From an uncultured Gammaproteobacteria bacterium (GTDB lineage Bacteria; Patescibacteriota; Patescibacteriia; Patescibacteriales; Patescibacteriaceae): a stretch of DNA of 38,975 nt. Numbering within the stretch: position 1 is the stretch's first letter; each line of letters begins with the position of its first letter. The notes under the pieces are model-generated. The model was not told where the DNA came from and did no database searches. It was given only the letters and a program-made list of their open reading frames with translations. The stretch spans positions 1-38,975 of the forward strand of contig CAYNWZ010000001.1 in NCBI GenBank assembly GCA_964401085.1, given 5' to 3'. A program made the translations under genes and the position numbers. This document shows, in pieces, positions 24,603 to 33,234 of this stretch.

Positions 24603-24641
24603 ACAATCGTCATTGCTTGTTAACAATGACGATTGTTTTTT
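24603..24641 (+). terminator. Intrinsic terminator of the pilin operon, embedded in the 3' end of the convergent lipoprotein CDS
   Basis: A 13-bp perfect stem acaatcgtcattg/caatgacgattgt with an 8-nt loop, then TTTTTT on the plus strand. Confidence 0.65.
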
Positions 24642-25122
24642 GTCCGGCTGACACTGACCGGACAATTGTGGCCCGCTGGTTGTCGCCCCAGGCGACGGAG
24701 AATGACAACCAGCCAACCGGAACCCTGATTGCTGAAGAGCTGGCAGAGCCAGGGTTTAAAGTAACGCCGGCGTACGGTCCGTCCAGAACCGTAATCCGAT
24801 AATCGCTAGCGTTAACCAGGCTGGCTAGGGTTGAGCCGCCGCCGCCAACTTGGGCGGCCAGGTCGAGCCATTGTTGGCTTTCAGCTGGCGTAGCGGCCCG
24901 TTGAGCCTTAACCAGATAATAGGCCTGGGTCTCGACCAGGCTCTGTTGAGATCGGGTCTCCAACCAGTCGGTGGCCGGCATGGAACCACTCACGCTGTCG
25001 GCCACTAATTGCTGACTAGCGTTGAGCCGGACATCCACCCGAGCAGTATTACGGTTGGCGCTACAGCCAACCAACAAAATCAAACCGACAAGCAGGGCGA
25101 TAACGACAAGATGCTTCTTCAT
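24610..25122 (-). CDS. Predicted lipoprotein, unknown family, GC-rich outlier
   Basis: 170 aa with a signal peptide plus lipobox (LILLVG|C) and AGGAGG 6 nt upstream of the ATG. Sampled 60-nt lines inside the gene give 38/60 and 41/60 G+C, against 18/60 in a nearby pilin line. Confidence 0.7.
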   Translation of the reverse strand: MKKHLVVIALLVGLILLVGCSANRNTARVDVRLNASQQLVADSVSGSMPATDWLETRSQQSLVETQAYYLVKAQRAATPAESQQWLDLAAQVGGGGSTLASLVNASDYRITVLDGPYAGVTLNPGSASSSAIRVPVGWLSFSVAWGDNQRATIVRSVSAGQKTIVIVNKQ

Positions 25123-25175
25123 GAAACACCTCCTTTTTATTTTTTCTTTCTATATTTTGATAGGTACGATATTAA

Positions 25176-25204
25176 ACTATACCACAAAATAATCAAGTAG
25201 TCAA
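25176..25204 (-). promoter_or_regulatory. Sigma70-like promoter with extended -10 for the lipoprotein gene
   Basis: The minus strand reads TTGACT, 17-nt spacer, TGgTATAGT. It lies back to back with the nusA promoter. Confidence 0.5.
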
Positions 25205-25210
25205 TAGCTA

Positions 25211-25238
25211 TTGACAAACTCGGCTGATTTGGTATACT
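25211..25238 (+). promoter_or_regulatory. Sigma70-like promoter for nusA
   Basis: TTGACA (25211-25216), 16-nt spacer, TGgTATACT (-10 at 25233-25238). Confidence 0.55.
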
Positions 25239-25301
25239 CAATTTATTGCTAGTTTATGATTAAACTGGCTTTTTTATTAGCCAATTTATTTTATCAAAAA
25301 T

Positions 25302-26612
25302 ATGTCCGAATTAATGAATGCCATCAAGCTGATTTGCGAAGAAAAAAACCTCAGCTATGACGCGGTAATTGAAACCATTGAAGCGGCCTTAGCCGCCGCC
25401 TATCGCAAAGATTATGGCGACAAAAACCAGAATATCAAAGTAACTTATAACGAAGATCTCTCCAAGATAAGAGTGTTTGATGTGAAGACGGTGGTTGAAG
25501 ACATGCCGCTACCAGCTTTTAGTGCCCCGTTAACTCTAGAAAACCTGCAAGACTCCACTATCACTATTGACCCTGAGGCAGCCAAAGAGGCGGTTAATTT
25601 TCAAACTGAAGACCAATTGCCGACCGAAATCCGCGATGAGAATGGTGAAATTATTCGCAAATTCAATCCCAAAACGGAAATTCAGCTTTGCGAGGCTCAA
25701 TTAATCAAACCGGGAATTAAACTGGGCGAAGAAATTATTACCGAATTACCGGTCCAGACCGATTACGGCCGGATGGCGGCGCAAACCGCCAAGCAAGTTA
25801 TTATCCAAAAATTACGCGAAGCTGAGCGCAATATGATTTATGAAGACTTTAAAGATAAGGAGCGCGAGGTCATCAGCGGTATTGTCCAGCGCCGTGAAGG
25901 ACGCAATGTTTTGGTTGATGTTGGTAAAACCGCTGGCATTATCCCGCCGCAATACCAAATTCCCGGCGAGTCTTATCGGCCCAATAGCCGTATTAAGGTT
26001 TTTGTAGAAGAGGTGCGCGTCAGCAGTCGCGGTCCAGAAATTGTGCTGTCTAGAACCGCTGATGAAATTTTAAGTAAGGTTTTTTATTTGGAAATCCCAG
26101 AAATATCCAATGGATTGGTTGATCTGAAGGCGGTCGCCCGAGAAGCGGGCAGCCGTTCCAAAGTAGCGGTTATTGCCAATAGCGACAATGTTGACCCAAT
26201 CGGCTCTTGCGTCGGCCAGCGCGGCTCCAGAATCCAAACCATTATCAATGAAGTTGGTGGAGAAAAAATTGATATTATTGAATATAGCGACGATGCTGCC
26301 AAGTTTATCGCTAATTCATTGGCACCAGCCAAAATTGAACAGGTGGAACTAGACTACGAAACCAAACATGCCGTTATTACAGTTGATTCGGAGCAATTAT
26401 CGTTAGCTATCGGCCGTGATGGCCAAAATGTCCGCCTGGCCGCCCGCCTAACTGGTTGGCACTTGGACATTACCAGCAATCAGGATAAACAACTAGCCGC
26501 CGAAGACCAGCCGACAATTGAGCCAGAAGAAGTAACTAAAGAAAAGAAGGTTAAAAAAACAACTGCCAAAACTCCGGCCAAAAAGACAACCAAGAAATCA
26601 GTCTCTAAATAA
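25302..26612 (+). CDS. nusA: Transcription termination/antitermination factor NusA with a Lys-rich C-tail
   Basis: 436 aa with a NusA N-terminal domain, an S1 domain (ISGIVQRREGRNVLVDVGK), two KH domains (GSCVGQRGSRIQ and AIGRDGQNVRLA) and the tail KEKKVKKTTAKTPAKKTTKK. Confidence 0.9.
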   Translation: MSELMNAIKLICEEKNLSYDAVIETIEAALAAAYRKDYGDKNQNIKVTYNEDLSKIRVFDVKTVVEDMPLPAFSAPLTLENLQDSTITIDPEAAKEAVNFQTEDQLPTEIRDENGEIIRKFNPKTEIQLCEAQLIKPGIKLGEEIITELPVQTDYGRMAAQTAKQVIIQKLREAERNMIYEDFKDKEREVISGIVQRREGRNVLVDVGKTAGIIPPQYQIPGESYRPNSRIKVFVEEVRVSSRGPEIVLSRTADEILSKVFYLEIPEISNGLVDLKAVAREAGSRSKVAVIANSDNVDPIGSCVGQRGSRIQTIINEVGGEKIDIIEYSDDAAKFIANSLAPAKIEQVELDYETKHAVITVDSEQLSLAIGRDGQNVRLAARLTGWHLDITSNQDKQLAAEDQPTIEPEEVTKEKKVKKTTAKTPAKKTTKKSVSK

Positions 26613-26628
26613 TTAATTAATTCACCGA

Positions 26629-27663
26629 ATGTTTTTCTTTCGTTACGGTGAAGATGATTTTCAGATTAAACGAGCCATCCATCAACAGCTGGCTGATTTT
26701 GGTCAATCAGCCGCTGAGGGGGCAATATATCTCAATGCCGCCGATATAGACGGCGCCGTTTTAGTTAACGCTATTGGCAATCAATCTCTTTTCCGGCAAA
26801 CCAAGATTATTATTTTAGATAACCCGTTTAGCAGTAAAAACACCTTATTACTGGACAGCCTGTACGCCCTATTGGAAGATGCCGAACAAAAATCAACAGC
26901 GTGGTTATTATTAATTAATGAAACCAATCTTAAGCTTAAATATCAAGCCGGCAAAAATCGACCAGTCCTTGTTGATATTGAGGGTAGATCCAAACCACTA
27001 ACCAAGGCACAAGAAAAGCTATTTGCCTTATTAACGGTCGATGCCAAACAACAACAATATTATCCACGATTAACTGGGTTGGCGGCTGATAATTTTTTAG
27101 AGACTCTAATTAAAGAACGCGGCGGACAGATGACGCCAGCAGCTAAAAAACTTTTATTAGAATTAACCAATTATAGTTTCTGGCAAATCAGTCACGAGCT
27201 CAACAAGCTCATAAACTACCAAGCTTCTATTAACCAAAAAACGGCCATAGACGACGACTTGGTCCGTCTTTTGGTTAACGACACATCTCGGCATCTATTT
27301 GAGTTTATAGAGGCTTTTAGCCGCCAAGATTTAGCCGTCGCCGCTGGTCTCTTGGAAGAAATTTTTGCCAGTGAAGATGATTTGGCTATCAGTGTTGCCC
27401 TCCTTAATCGTCAAGCATTGCAATTCTTACAAATAAAAACTCAGCTAGCCGCCGGCCAAACAACAGGCAGTTTGGAAAAATCTTTGGGCTTGCCGCTTAG
27501 TGTCAGTCGCAAACTAATCCAACAAGCAACGCTTATTCAATTGACCAGCTTACAAAGATTAGTAGACAATTTAACCAGATTTGATTGGTCAAAAAAACGC
27601 AGCCGGGGAAACCTGGCCGCGCTTTTTGCCTTGCTATTGATTAATCATGCTAATCAAAAATAG
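26629..27663 (+). CDS. holA: DNA polymerase III delta subunit (HolA-like)
   Basis: 344 aa. Its size, N-terminal pattern (FFRYGEDDFQI..) and helical C-terminal domains fit HolA, but the sequence is divergent, so the call is moderate. Confidence 0.55.
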   Translation: MFFFRYGEDDFQIKRAIHQQLADFGQSAAEGAIYLNAADIDGAVLVNAIGNQSLFRQTKIIILDNPFSSKNTLLLDSLYALLEDAEQKSTAWLLLINETNLKLKYQAGKNRPVLVDIEGRSKPLTKAQEKLFALLTVDAKQQQYYPRLTGLAADNFLETLIKERGGQMTPAAKKLLLELTNYSFWQISHELNKLINYQASINQKTAIDDDLVRLLVNDTSRHLFEFIEAFSRQDLAVAAGLLEEIFASEDDLAISVALLNRQALQFLQIKTQLAAGQTTGSLEKSLGLPLSVSRKLIQQATLIQLTSLQRLVDNLTRFDWSKKRSRGNLAALFALLLINHANQK

Positions 27664-27668
27664 CCTGA

Positions 27669-28805
27669 TTATTTGCGCAGCGGCACAATAATATATTGAT
27701 AATTATCGTCTTTAGGGACGCTGATTTGACAGGCGGCGACATCGTCAATTAATTTAATTATCACCTGGCCAGTCGATAAAATATTTAAGCACTCCAAAAG
27801 ATAGCGATAATTCAAGCGCACGCTATTATTTTGGCCGTCAATTTTGGCCGTCAATTCAGCTTGCTGACTGCCGGTTTGTCCCGCCACCGCCTCAATAATA
27901 ATTTTTTGCTCAAGACTATTAACAGTTATATCAATAGCATTGGTCGTATTAGCACTAAAAATAGAGGCCATTTTAATGGCTCGCGATAATTCGCCGCGAT
28001 CAACAATGGCTTCCGTCTTAAAATTAACTGGCAGAACCTGCTCATAGTCAGGGTAATGACCCTCGATTAATCTAGAAACGATAGTTGTTCCTTGATAGAC
28101 AAACATTGCTTGATTGTCAGATAGGAATAATTTTAATTGATCGGCATCTCCAGATAATTCATCGGTCGAAGAATTAATAATCCGTGAAATTTCCTGCATT
28201 GTCTTAAATGGTATAATCACCTTTAACCCATCAGCGCCAACTTGTCCGGACTCTAAAGAGAAATCTAACTCGGTCTTGGCTAAACGAAAACTATCGGTTG
28301 CTACTAAATTCATTGCCTTACCCTTAATATCAAATAAGACGCCGGTTAATTCTAGGCGATTATCACCAGGATTAATTGCAAACAATATTTGGCTAAGCGC
28401 ATTTTTTAGACTGGTAACTGACAAATTAAAGCCAATTTTTTTATCAACCTGAGGAATAACTGGAAAATCTTGTGCTTCCTGCCCCTTGATGACCGTATTA
28501 TATTGTTGGCAATTAATTTTTAATTCCTTTTTATCTAAAGATATATCTATTTTTTCGTTTGGCAACAGGGCAATATAGTCGCTTAATATTTTAGCATCAA
28601 CAGTGATCTCACCATCTTTATCGGCTTTACCTCTAATTTGTTTTGTGATGCCTATCTCCAAATTGGTTGCTGATAAATTGATTAAACCATCTTTAATACT
28701 AATCAAAACATTATTAAGTATCGGCATGCCGGCATTCTTAGTGGCGATATGTCCAACGGTGGTTAATCCTTGGTGGAGATTTTTTTGTAGGATGGTTAGT
28801 TTCAT
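27669..28805 (-). CDS. dnaN: DNA polymerase III beta sliding clamp
   Basis: 378 aa. The N-terminus MKLTILQKNLHQGL..V..I....A..PILNNVLI and the three-domain length fit DnaN, and it lies immediately downstream of dnaA. Confidence 0.9.
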   Translation of the reverse strand: MKLTILQKNLHQGLTTVGHIATKNAGMPILNNVLISIKDGLINLSATNLEIGITKQIRGKADKDGEITVDAKILSDYIALLPNEKIDISLDKKELKINCQQYNTVIKGQEAQDFPVIPQVDKKIGFNLSVTSLKNALSQILFAINPGDNRLELTGVLFDIKGKAMNLVATDSFRLAKTELDFSLESGQVGADGLKVIIPFKTMQEISRIINSSTDELSGDADQLKLFLSDNQAMFVYQGTTIVSRLIEGHYPDYEQVLPVNFKTEAIVDRGELSRAIKMASIFSANTTNAIDITVNSLEQKIIIEAVAGQTGSQQAELTAKIDGQNNSVRLNYRYLLECLNILSTGQVIIKLIDDVAACQISVPKDDNYQYIIVPLRK

Positions 28806-29012
28806 ATTAATTTATAATATATAAATAAAGAGATAATAATATAGTTTGGGTAAAAGTTGATAACCTGTTTTTGTTTTAAACTTTGGCTAAAAAATAAACT
28901 GGCTGTTTGGGGATAAAAATTTAATAAAAAGTTAATGGTTGGTGGATAAAAAAAATATTTATTGCTTGGCTGTGGATTAAGCATTGTTTTCCACAACAAT
29001 TTCTTTGTCATG
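28806..29012. other. Candidate oriC: AT-rich unwinding tract plus a cluster of DnaA boxes in the dnaA-dnaN spacer
   Basis: The AT-rich stretch at 28806-28850 is attaatttataatatataaataaagagataataatatag. The 8/9 boxes are TGGGGATAA (28908), GGTGGATAA (28941), TGTGGATTA (28971) and, in the opposite orientation, TTTTCCACA (28987). There is also a 7/9 box at 28856. Confidence 0.55.
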
Positions 29013-30401
29013 TTAATAAGTTGAAGTAATCGCTTGGGTAATTTGGTCTATGTCTTGTTTTAATTGGTTGTTGGTTTTTAGGTCGGCCTCAATTTTGGTG
29101 CAAGCATACATAGCGGTGGTGTGATCGCGTCCGCCTAGTTCTTGGCCGATGGCCGGGAATGAGGCATTAACTTTGGTACGTAGTAAATACATAGCAATTT
29201 GGCGCGGACCAACTAACTCTTTTTTGCGACTTTGGCCAGTTAATTCAGCGACGTTAATATTATAAAAATTGGCGACCGCTTCTAATATTTTTTGTGGAGT
29301 GGATAGATTGCTAGTCTGAATGGAGGTAAAAAATTCTTTTAGTACTTGTTGAGCAACGGCGATGTCGGGAGAGCAATTATGAAATTGGCAGAAACCCATA
29401 ATCCGATTGAGAGCACCCTCTAGTTCCCGGACATTATTGTTGATGTTAGTGGCAATATATTGAATTATGGATTGATCTAGGGAAAATTGTTTTTGTTGAC
29501 ATTTGGTATTTAAGATAGCCATTCTGGTTTCTAGGTCCGGTTGACTGATGTCGGCCACCATACCCCACTCAAAACGGGTAATTAACCGAGCTTCTACTGC
29601 TTTCATGCTGCGTGGCGGTCGGTCCGAAGTAATAACTATTTGTTTATTGGCACGATGCAGTTGATCAAAGGTATGAAAAAACTCTTGCTGGGTGCCGTCT
29701 TTGCCGGCCATGAACTGGATATCATCGATTAGCAGCAGATCAACGTTACGGTATAGGCTTTTAAAAGTGTTGCCGCGGCCATGATAAACAGCTTCAACAT
29801 AATCATTGGTAAATTTTTCTGAGGTCACATAGAGGACTTTTTTGCCAGACTTAATTAATTCATGGCCAATTGCTTGTAGGAGGTGGGTTTTGCCCAGGCC
29901 GACTCCGCCATAAATAAAAAGTGGATTGTAGGTTTCGCCGGGTTGACGCACCGCTGCCCAGCAGGCAGCATGAGCCAATTCATTATGCTTGCCAATCACA
30001 AAGGTTTCAAAAGTATAACGCGGATTTAGTCCAGCCGACAAACAGGCTTGCTGATCAGCGGTTGGTTTGATGTCGACTATGGGTTCTGTTGGTTGTTTAT
30101 CTTCAGTGACTAAAAAATTGTTAGTTGGCGTGGCGTGTTGCGGTTTAAGTTTTATAATATACTTAATTTCTGTTGGTTTCTTGCCGGTAATCTTATTGAA
30201 TATATGGACAATTTCTTGACTGAATTTAGTTTCAAACCAGGCCCGGGTAAAGCCATTGGGAACGCCGATGGTTAAAACATCTTCTTCATAGCTAGAGATA
30301 AAGGAGTTTTTAAACCAAGTGATGAAATTGGCTTTAGAGATAGTTAATTCGGCTTCGCCTAAAATAGCTTGCCAGATTTGTTCTAAGGAGGGGTGTTCCA
30401 T
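29013..30401 (-). CDS. dnaA: Chromosomal replication initiator protein DnaA
   Basis: 462 aa with Walker A GGVGLGKTHLL, Walker B LLLIDDIQF, sensor motifs, and the C-terminal DNA-binding helix-turn-helix (..GGRDHTTAMYA..). Confidence 0.95.
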   Translation of the reverse strand: MEHPSLEQIWQAILGEAELTISKANFITWFKNSFISSYEEDVLTIGVPNGFTRAWFETKFSQEIVHIFNKITGKKPTEIKYIIKLKPQHATPTNNFLVTEDKQPTEPIVDIKPTADQQACLSAGLNPRYTFETFVIGKHNELAHAACWAAVRQPGETYNPLFIYGGVGLGKTHLLQAIGHELIKSGKKVLYVTSEKFTNDYVEAVYHGRGNTFKSLYRNVDLLLIDDIQFMAGKDGTQQEFFHTFDQLHRANKQIVITSDRPPRSMKAVEARLITRFEWGMVADISQPDLETRMAILNTKCQQKQFSLDQSIIQYIATNINNNVRELEGALNRIMGFCQFHNCSPDIAVAQQVLKEFFTSIQTSNLSTPQKILEAVANFYNINVAELTGQSRKKELVGPRQIAMYLLRTKVNASFPAIGQELGGRDHTTAMYACTKIEADLKTNNQLKQDIDQITQAITSTY

Positions 30402-30488
30402 AATATTTAGATTAGCGGCTTGATTTTATTATAACAGGCTTGGTTTTTTCGGCAACCCAAAAATAAGTTAATAAGTTTGTTAATAACC

Positions 30489-30497
30489 TGTGGACAA
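30489..30497. promoter_or_regulatory. DnaA box (TGTGGACAA, 8/9) in the dnaA/rpmH divergent control region
   Basis: A single near-consensus box 88 nt upstream of the dnaA start, plausibly autoregulatory. Confidence 0.4.
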
Positions 30498-30517
30498 ATT
30501 TAGGTTAAGAGTAAGTA

Positions 30518-30546
30518 TTGACCAAAGCCAAATTAGCTGTTATGCT
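30518..30546 (+). promoter_or_regulatory. Sigma70-like promoter for rpmH-rnpA-yidD-yidC
   Basis: TTGACC (30518-30523), 17-nt spacer, TATGCT (30541-30546). Confidence 0.5.
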
Positions 30547-30598
30547 AGCACCTAGACTGAACCAGTTTGAAGTTAAGTCTTTTTAAATTCCTGACAAT

Positions 30599-30736
30599 AT
30601 GCCAAAACGCACCTATCAGCCAAATAATCGGCGCGCTCATAAGAAGCATGGTTTTCTAAAGAGGATGCTGACAAAAAATGGCCGAAATGTTTTAAGACGC
30701 CGTCGTAATAAGGGGCGGAAGAAATTAACCAAATAA
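30599..30736 (+). CDS. rpmH: 50S ribosomal protein L34 (too short for the ORF track)
   Basis: My own translation gives [45 protein letters not shown], 45 aa, the canonical L34 pattern. The position upstream of rnpA is also canonical. Confidence 0.9.
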   Translation: MPKRTYQPNNRRAHKKHGFLKRMLTKNGRNVLRRRRNKGRKKLTK

Positions 30737-30755
30737 AATTGGTTAATTTTTTTAT

Positions 30756-31100
30756 ATGTTAAAGAAACAATTTCGCTTAACCAAAAAAAAAGATTTTGAT
30801 CGCCTTTTTCAGGCGGGTAGTCATAAGTACTATGGTAATAAATTAGCTGTCAGGCTGGTGGCCAACGGTTTAAATTACAATCGATTTGGTTTTATGATTA
30901 GCCGCCGCTTGTGCCGATTGGCGGTTAGTCGCAATTTAATTCGTCGTCGCCTAGCCGCGCTGATTAGACAGGATTGGCCCAACCTCCAGTCTGGCTATGA
31001 TGTGGTGGTTTTATTGTTAAGCAAGCAATCGGCGGTTAAGTTAACTGATTTACAAGAAGAGTTAACCGAGGCTTGGAAAAGATTGCGAATAATAGTATGA
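30756..31100 (+). CDS. rnpA: Ribonuclease P protein component
   Basis: A basic 114-aa protein with the RNR-like motif ([11 protein letters not shown]), sitting between rpmH and yidD. Confidence 0.85.
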   Translation: MLKKQFRLTKKKDFDRLFQAGSHKYYGNKLAVRLVANGLNYNRFGFMISRRLCRLAVSRNLIRRRLAALIRQDWPNLQSGYDVVVLLLSKQSAVKLTDLQEELTEAWKRLRIIV

Positions 31101-31360
31101 TGTTTATTAGAACGCTAGACAATTTTTTAGTCTCTCTCGCTTGCCAAATAATCCGGTTTTATCAAAAATCGTTATCGCCAGATCATGGGTTTTTAAGTCG
31201 TCGTTTTCCTAATGGTTATTGCCGTTTTCGTCCGACTTGCTCTGAGTATTCTTTGGCTGCCTTTAAAAAATACGGTTTTTTAAAGGGCGGGTTATTGGCT
31301 AGTGGGCGGATCTTGCGCTGTCATCCATGGTCAAAGGGCGGTTGGGATCCGCTTCGTTAA
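31097..31360 (+). CDS. yidD: Membrane protein insertion efficiency factor YidD
   Basis: YQKSLSP......CRF.PTCSEY...A....G...G......[12 protein letters not shown]. The ATG at 31097 overlaps the rnpA TGA (ATGA) and is preferred over the TTG start in the track. Confidence 0.85.
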   Translation: MMFIRTLDNFLVSLACQIIRFYQKSLSPDHGFLSRRFPNGYCRFRPTCSEYSLAAFKKYGFLKGGLLASGRILRCHPWSKGGWDPLR

Positions 31361-31374
31361 ATCTTAATAAATAT

Positions 31375-32088
31375 ATGGGACATATTTTTACAATTATTTT
31401 TTATCAACCGGTACTTAACTTGCTGGTTTTTTTCTATAATATTTTACCGGGTCATGATATTGGATTGGTTATTGTGGCTCTAACCGTAGCTATTAAATTA
31501 ATTTTATGGCCGCTATCACAAAGAGCTTTAAAATCACAGCAGGCAATCAGTCAAATACAGCCAAAAATTAAGGAGATACAAAATAAATATAAAGACAATA
31601 AAGAGGAGCAAGGTCGAGCGATGATGGCTCTTTATCGTGAAGCTAAGGTTAATCCGACATCGTCTTGCTTGCCACTTTTGGTTCAGCTGCCTTTTTTGTG
31701 GGCGGTTTTTCGGGTGTTTCGTGATGGGTTGTCCAACAAATCATTAGCATTGGTTTATCCATTTATTAGTCGTCCAGAATTGCTGCAAACAACATCATTT
31801 GGTATAATAGACTTAGCTAAGCCGAACATTCTTTTGGCTATTCTAACCGGATTGGCTCAGTACTTTCAAGCTAAAACAGCCACTCGTCAAACGCCACCGT
31901 CGGGTGGCGGACAGGCTGAAGAATTAGCATCAATGATGAACAAACAGATGCTATATTTTATGCCAGTAATGACCATTGCTATTTGTTGGACATTACCGAG
32001 CGGCTTGTCGTTATATTGGTTTCTATCTAGTGTTCTGACTGTTTTGCAACAAATTTATTGGTTTAAAAAACATAATAATTCAAATTAA
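31375..32088 (+). CDS. yidC: YidC/Oxa1-family membrane protein insertase (short form)
   Basis: YidC motifs present are ILWPL, MMALYREAKVNP..SCLPLLVQLPF and LPSGLSLYW. The start was moved to the ATG at 31375, after the yidD stop. Confidence 0.85.
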   Translation: MGHIFTIIFYQPVLNLLVFFYNILPGHDIGLVIVALTVAIKLILWPLSQRALKSQQAISQIQPKIKEIQNKYKDNKEEQGRAMMALYREAKVNPTSSCLPLLVQLPFLWAVFRVFRDGLSNKSLALVYPFISRPELLQTTSFGIIDLAKPNILLAILTGLAQYFQAKTATRQTPPSGGGQAEELASMMNKQMLYFMPVMTIAICWTLPSGLSLYWFLSSVLTVLQQIYWFKKHNNSN

Positions 32089-32097
32089 ACAAGCCAT

Positions 32098-33072
32098 ATG
32101 ATTCTTTATCGTCAAATCATTAAGCAAGCCTGGCAAAACACCATCAAGAATAGCTGGTTGTGGGTTGCCGGTGTGCTAGCTGCCTTATTGACCAATGTTG
32201 GTCAGTATAGTAATTTGTTCGGCTCGCTGGATGGCACCAATGGTTGGCTAAGAATCAATCAAAATTTAGCTGAATTTTGGTCTAAGGCGATTATGGTTAT
32301 TAAGGGCGCGATTAGTAGCCCGTTGCTTTTATTGATTTGCTTGCTTATTGTTGTGTTAGCCTTGGTGGTGTTATTCTTGGCGGTTAATAGTCAAATTTTC
32401 GTGGTTAAGCAGGTTGAGCTAGGGCTAAAGTCTGGCGAACAGCCACTTCCTCGACCAAAAGCTGGCCTATGGAAACAATTAGTTGGCAATTGGCCAATAT
32501 TCTGGTCAGCGGCTGGGGCAATAGTGGCGATTAAGATTTTATTATTATTCTGTTTATTGGTTATTAGTTTATTAATGGCGGTTATTTACGCCGTTCATCA
32601 GCCGATTATCAGCTCTTTCCTGTATATTTTGTTATCGCTATTAGCGCTGGCCGTAATTTGGCTGGTAGCGGTTTGGACTCGTTATTGGATTTTGTTATTA
32701 TTGACCAGCAAGAAAAGCAATTTATTACTATCGGCTCGACAGGCCTGGGCAATGCTCAAGCAAAACATTTTAGTCAGCCTAGAGATGTCAATAATTATTG
32801 TATTAATAAATTTGTTGGCCTATTTATTGTGGGTATTCATTATATATTTATTAGCCATCCCCTTCGTTTTACTGACGTTGTTACTGATTAAGTATTTGGC
32901 GGTTAGCCAGTTATTATTAATTACTGTTGCCAATATTTTATTGATTGCCAGTTTATTGGTTTTGGTTGGTTTTATGGTGGTGCTGGAAACCAGTTTGTGG
33001 CTTAATTTCATGAATAATTTAAATAACCAAAAGATCACTAGTAAGTTAAGGCGGATTTTTAAGCGTCGCTAA
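32098..33072 (+). CDS. Hypothetical polytopic membrane protein (324 aa)
   Basis: About 7-8 Leu/Ile-rich TM helices. It occupies the position where jag/R3H usually follows yidC, and I recognise no motif. Confidence 0.45.
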   Translation: MILYRQIIKQAWQNTIKNSWLWVAGVLAALLTNVGQYSNLFGSLDGTNGWLRINQNLAEFWSKAIMVIKGAISSPLLLLICLLIVVLALVVLFLAVNSQIFVVKQVELGLKSGEQPLPRPKAGLWKQLVGNWPIFWSAAGAIVAIKILLLFCLLVISLLMAVIYAVHQPIISSFLYILLSLLALAVIWLVAVWTRYWILLLLTSKKSNLLLSARQAWAMLKQNILVSLEMSIIIVLINLLAYLLWVFIIYLLAIPFVLLTLLLIKYLAVSQLLLITVANILLIASLLVLVGFMVVLETSLWLNFMNNLNNQKITSKLRRIFKRR

Positions 33073-33102
33073 ATTGAATAAGAGCAAGGTCGCAATAAGC
33101 AA

Positions 33103-33130
33103 AAAGCCCGCTTTTAGCGGGCTTTTGTTA
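33103..33130 (+). terminator. Rho-independent terminator
   Basis: aaagcccgc / gcgggcttt stem followed by TTTTGTTAT. Confidence 0.8.
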
Positions 33131-33234
33131 TCTCTTCAGGTTGACTGGGCCAAAAAAATATTGTAAGGTAAGAGCAGAAAATATTTAGTTTATTCTGGCC
33201 GACAACCACTGGCTAGATTTTGATTATCTTTATT

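Noticed and set aside
28802-29011. 69-aa minus-strand ORF filling the dnaA-dnaN spacer
   Set aside because: It spans the AT-rich tract and the DnaA-box cluster. Its sequence is low-complexity (K, F, Y, I, N rich) and it overlaps the dnaN start. It is better explained as non-coding oriC DNA.
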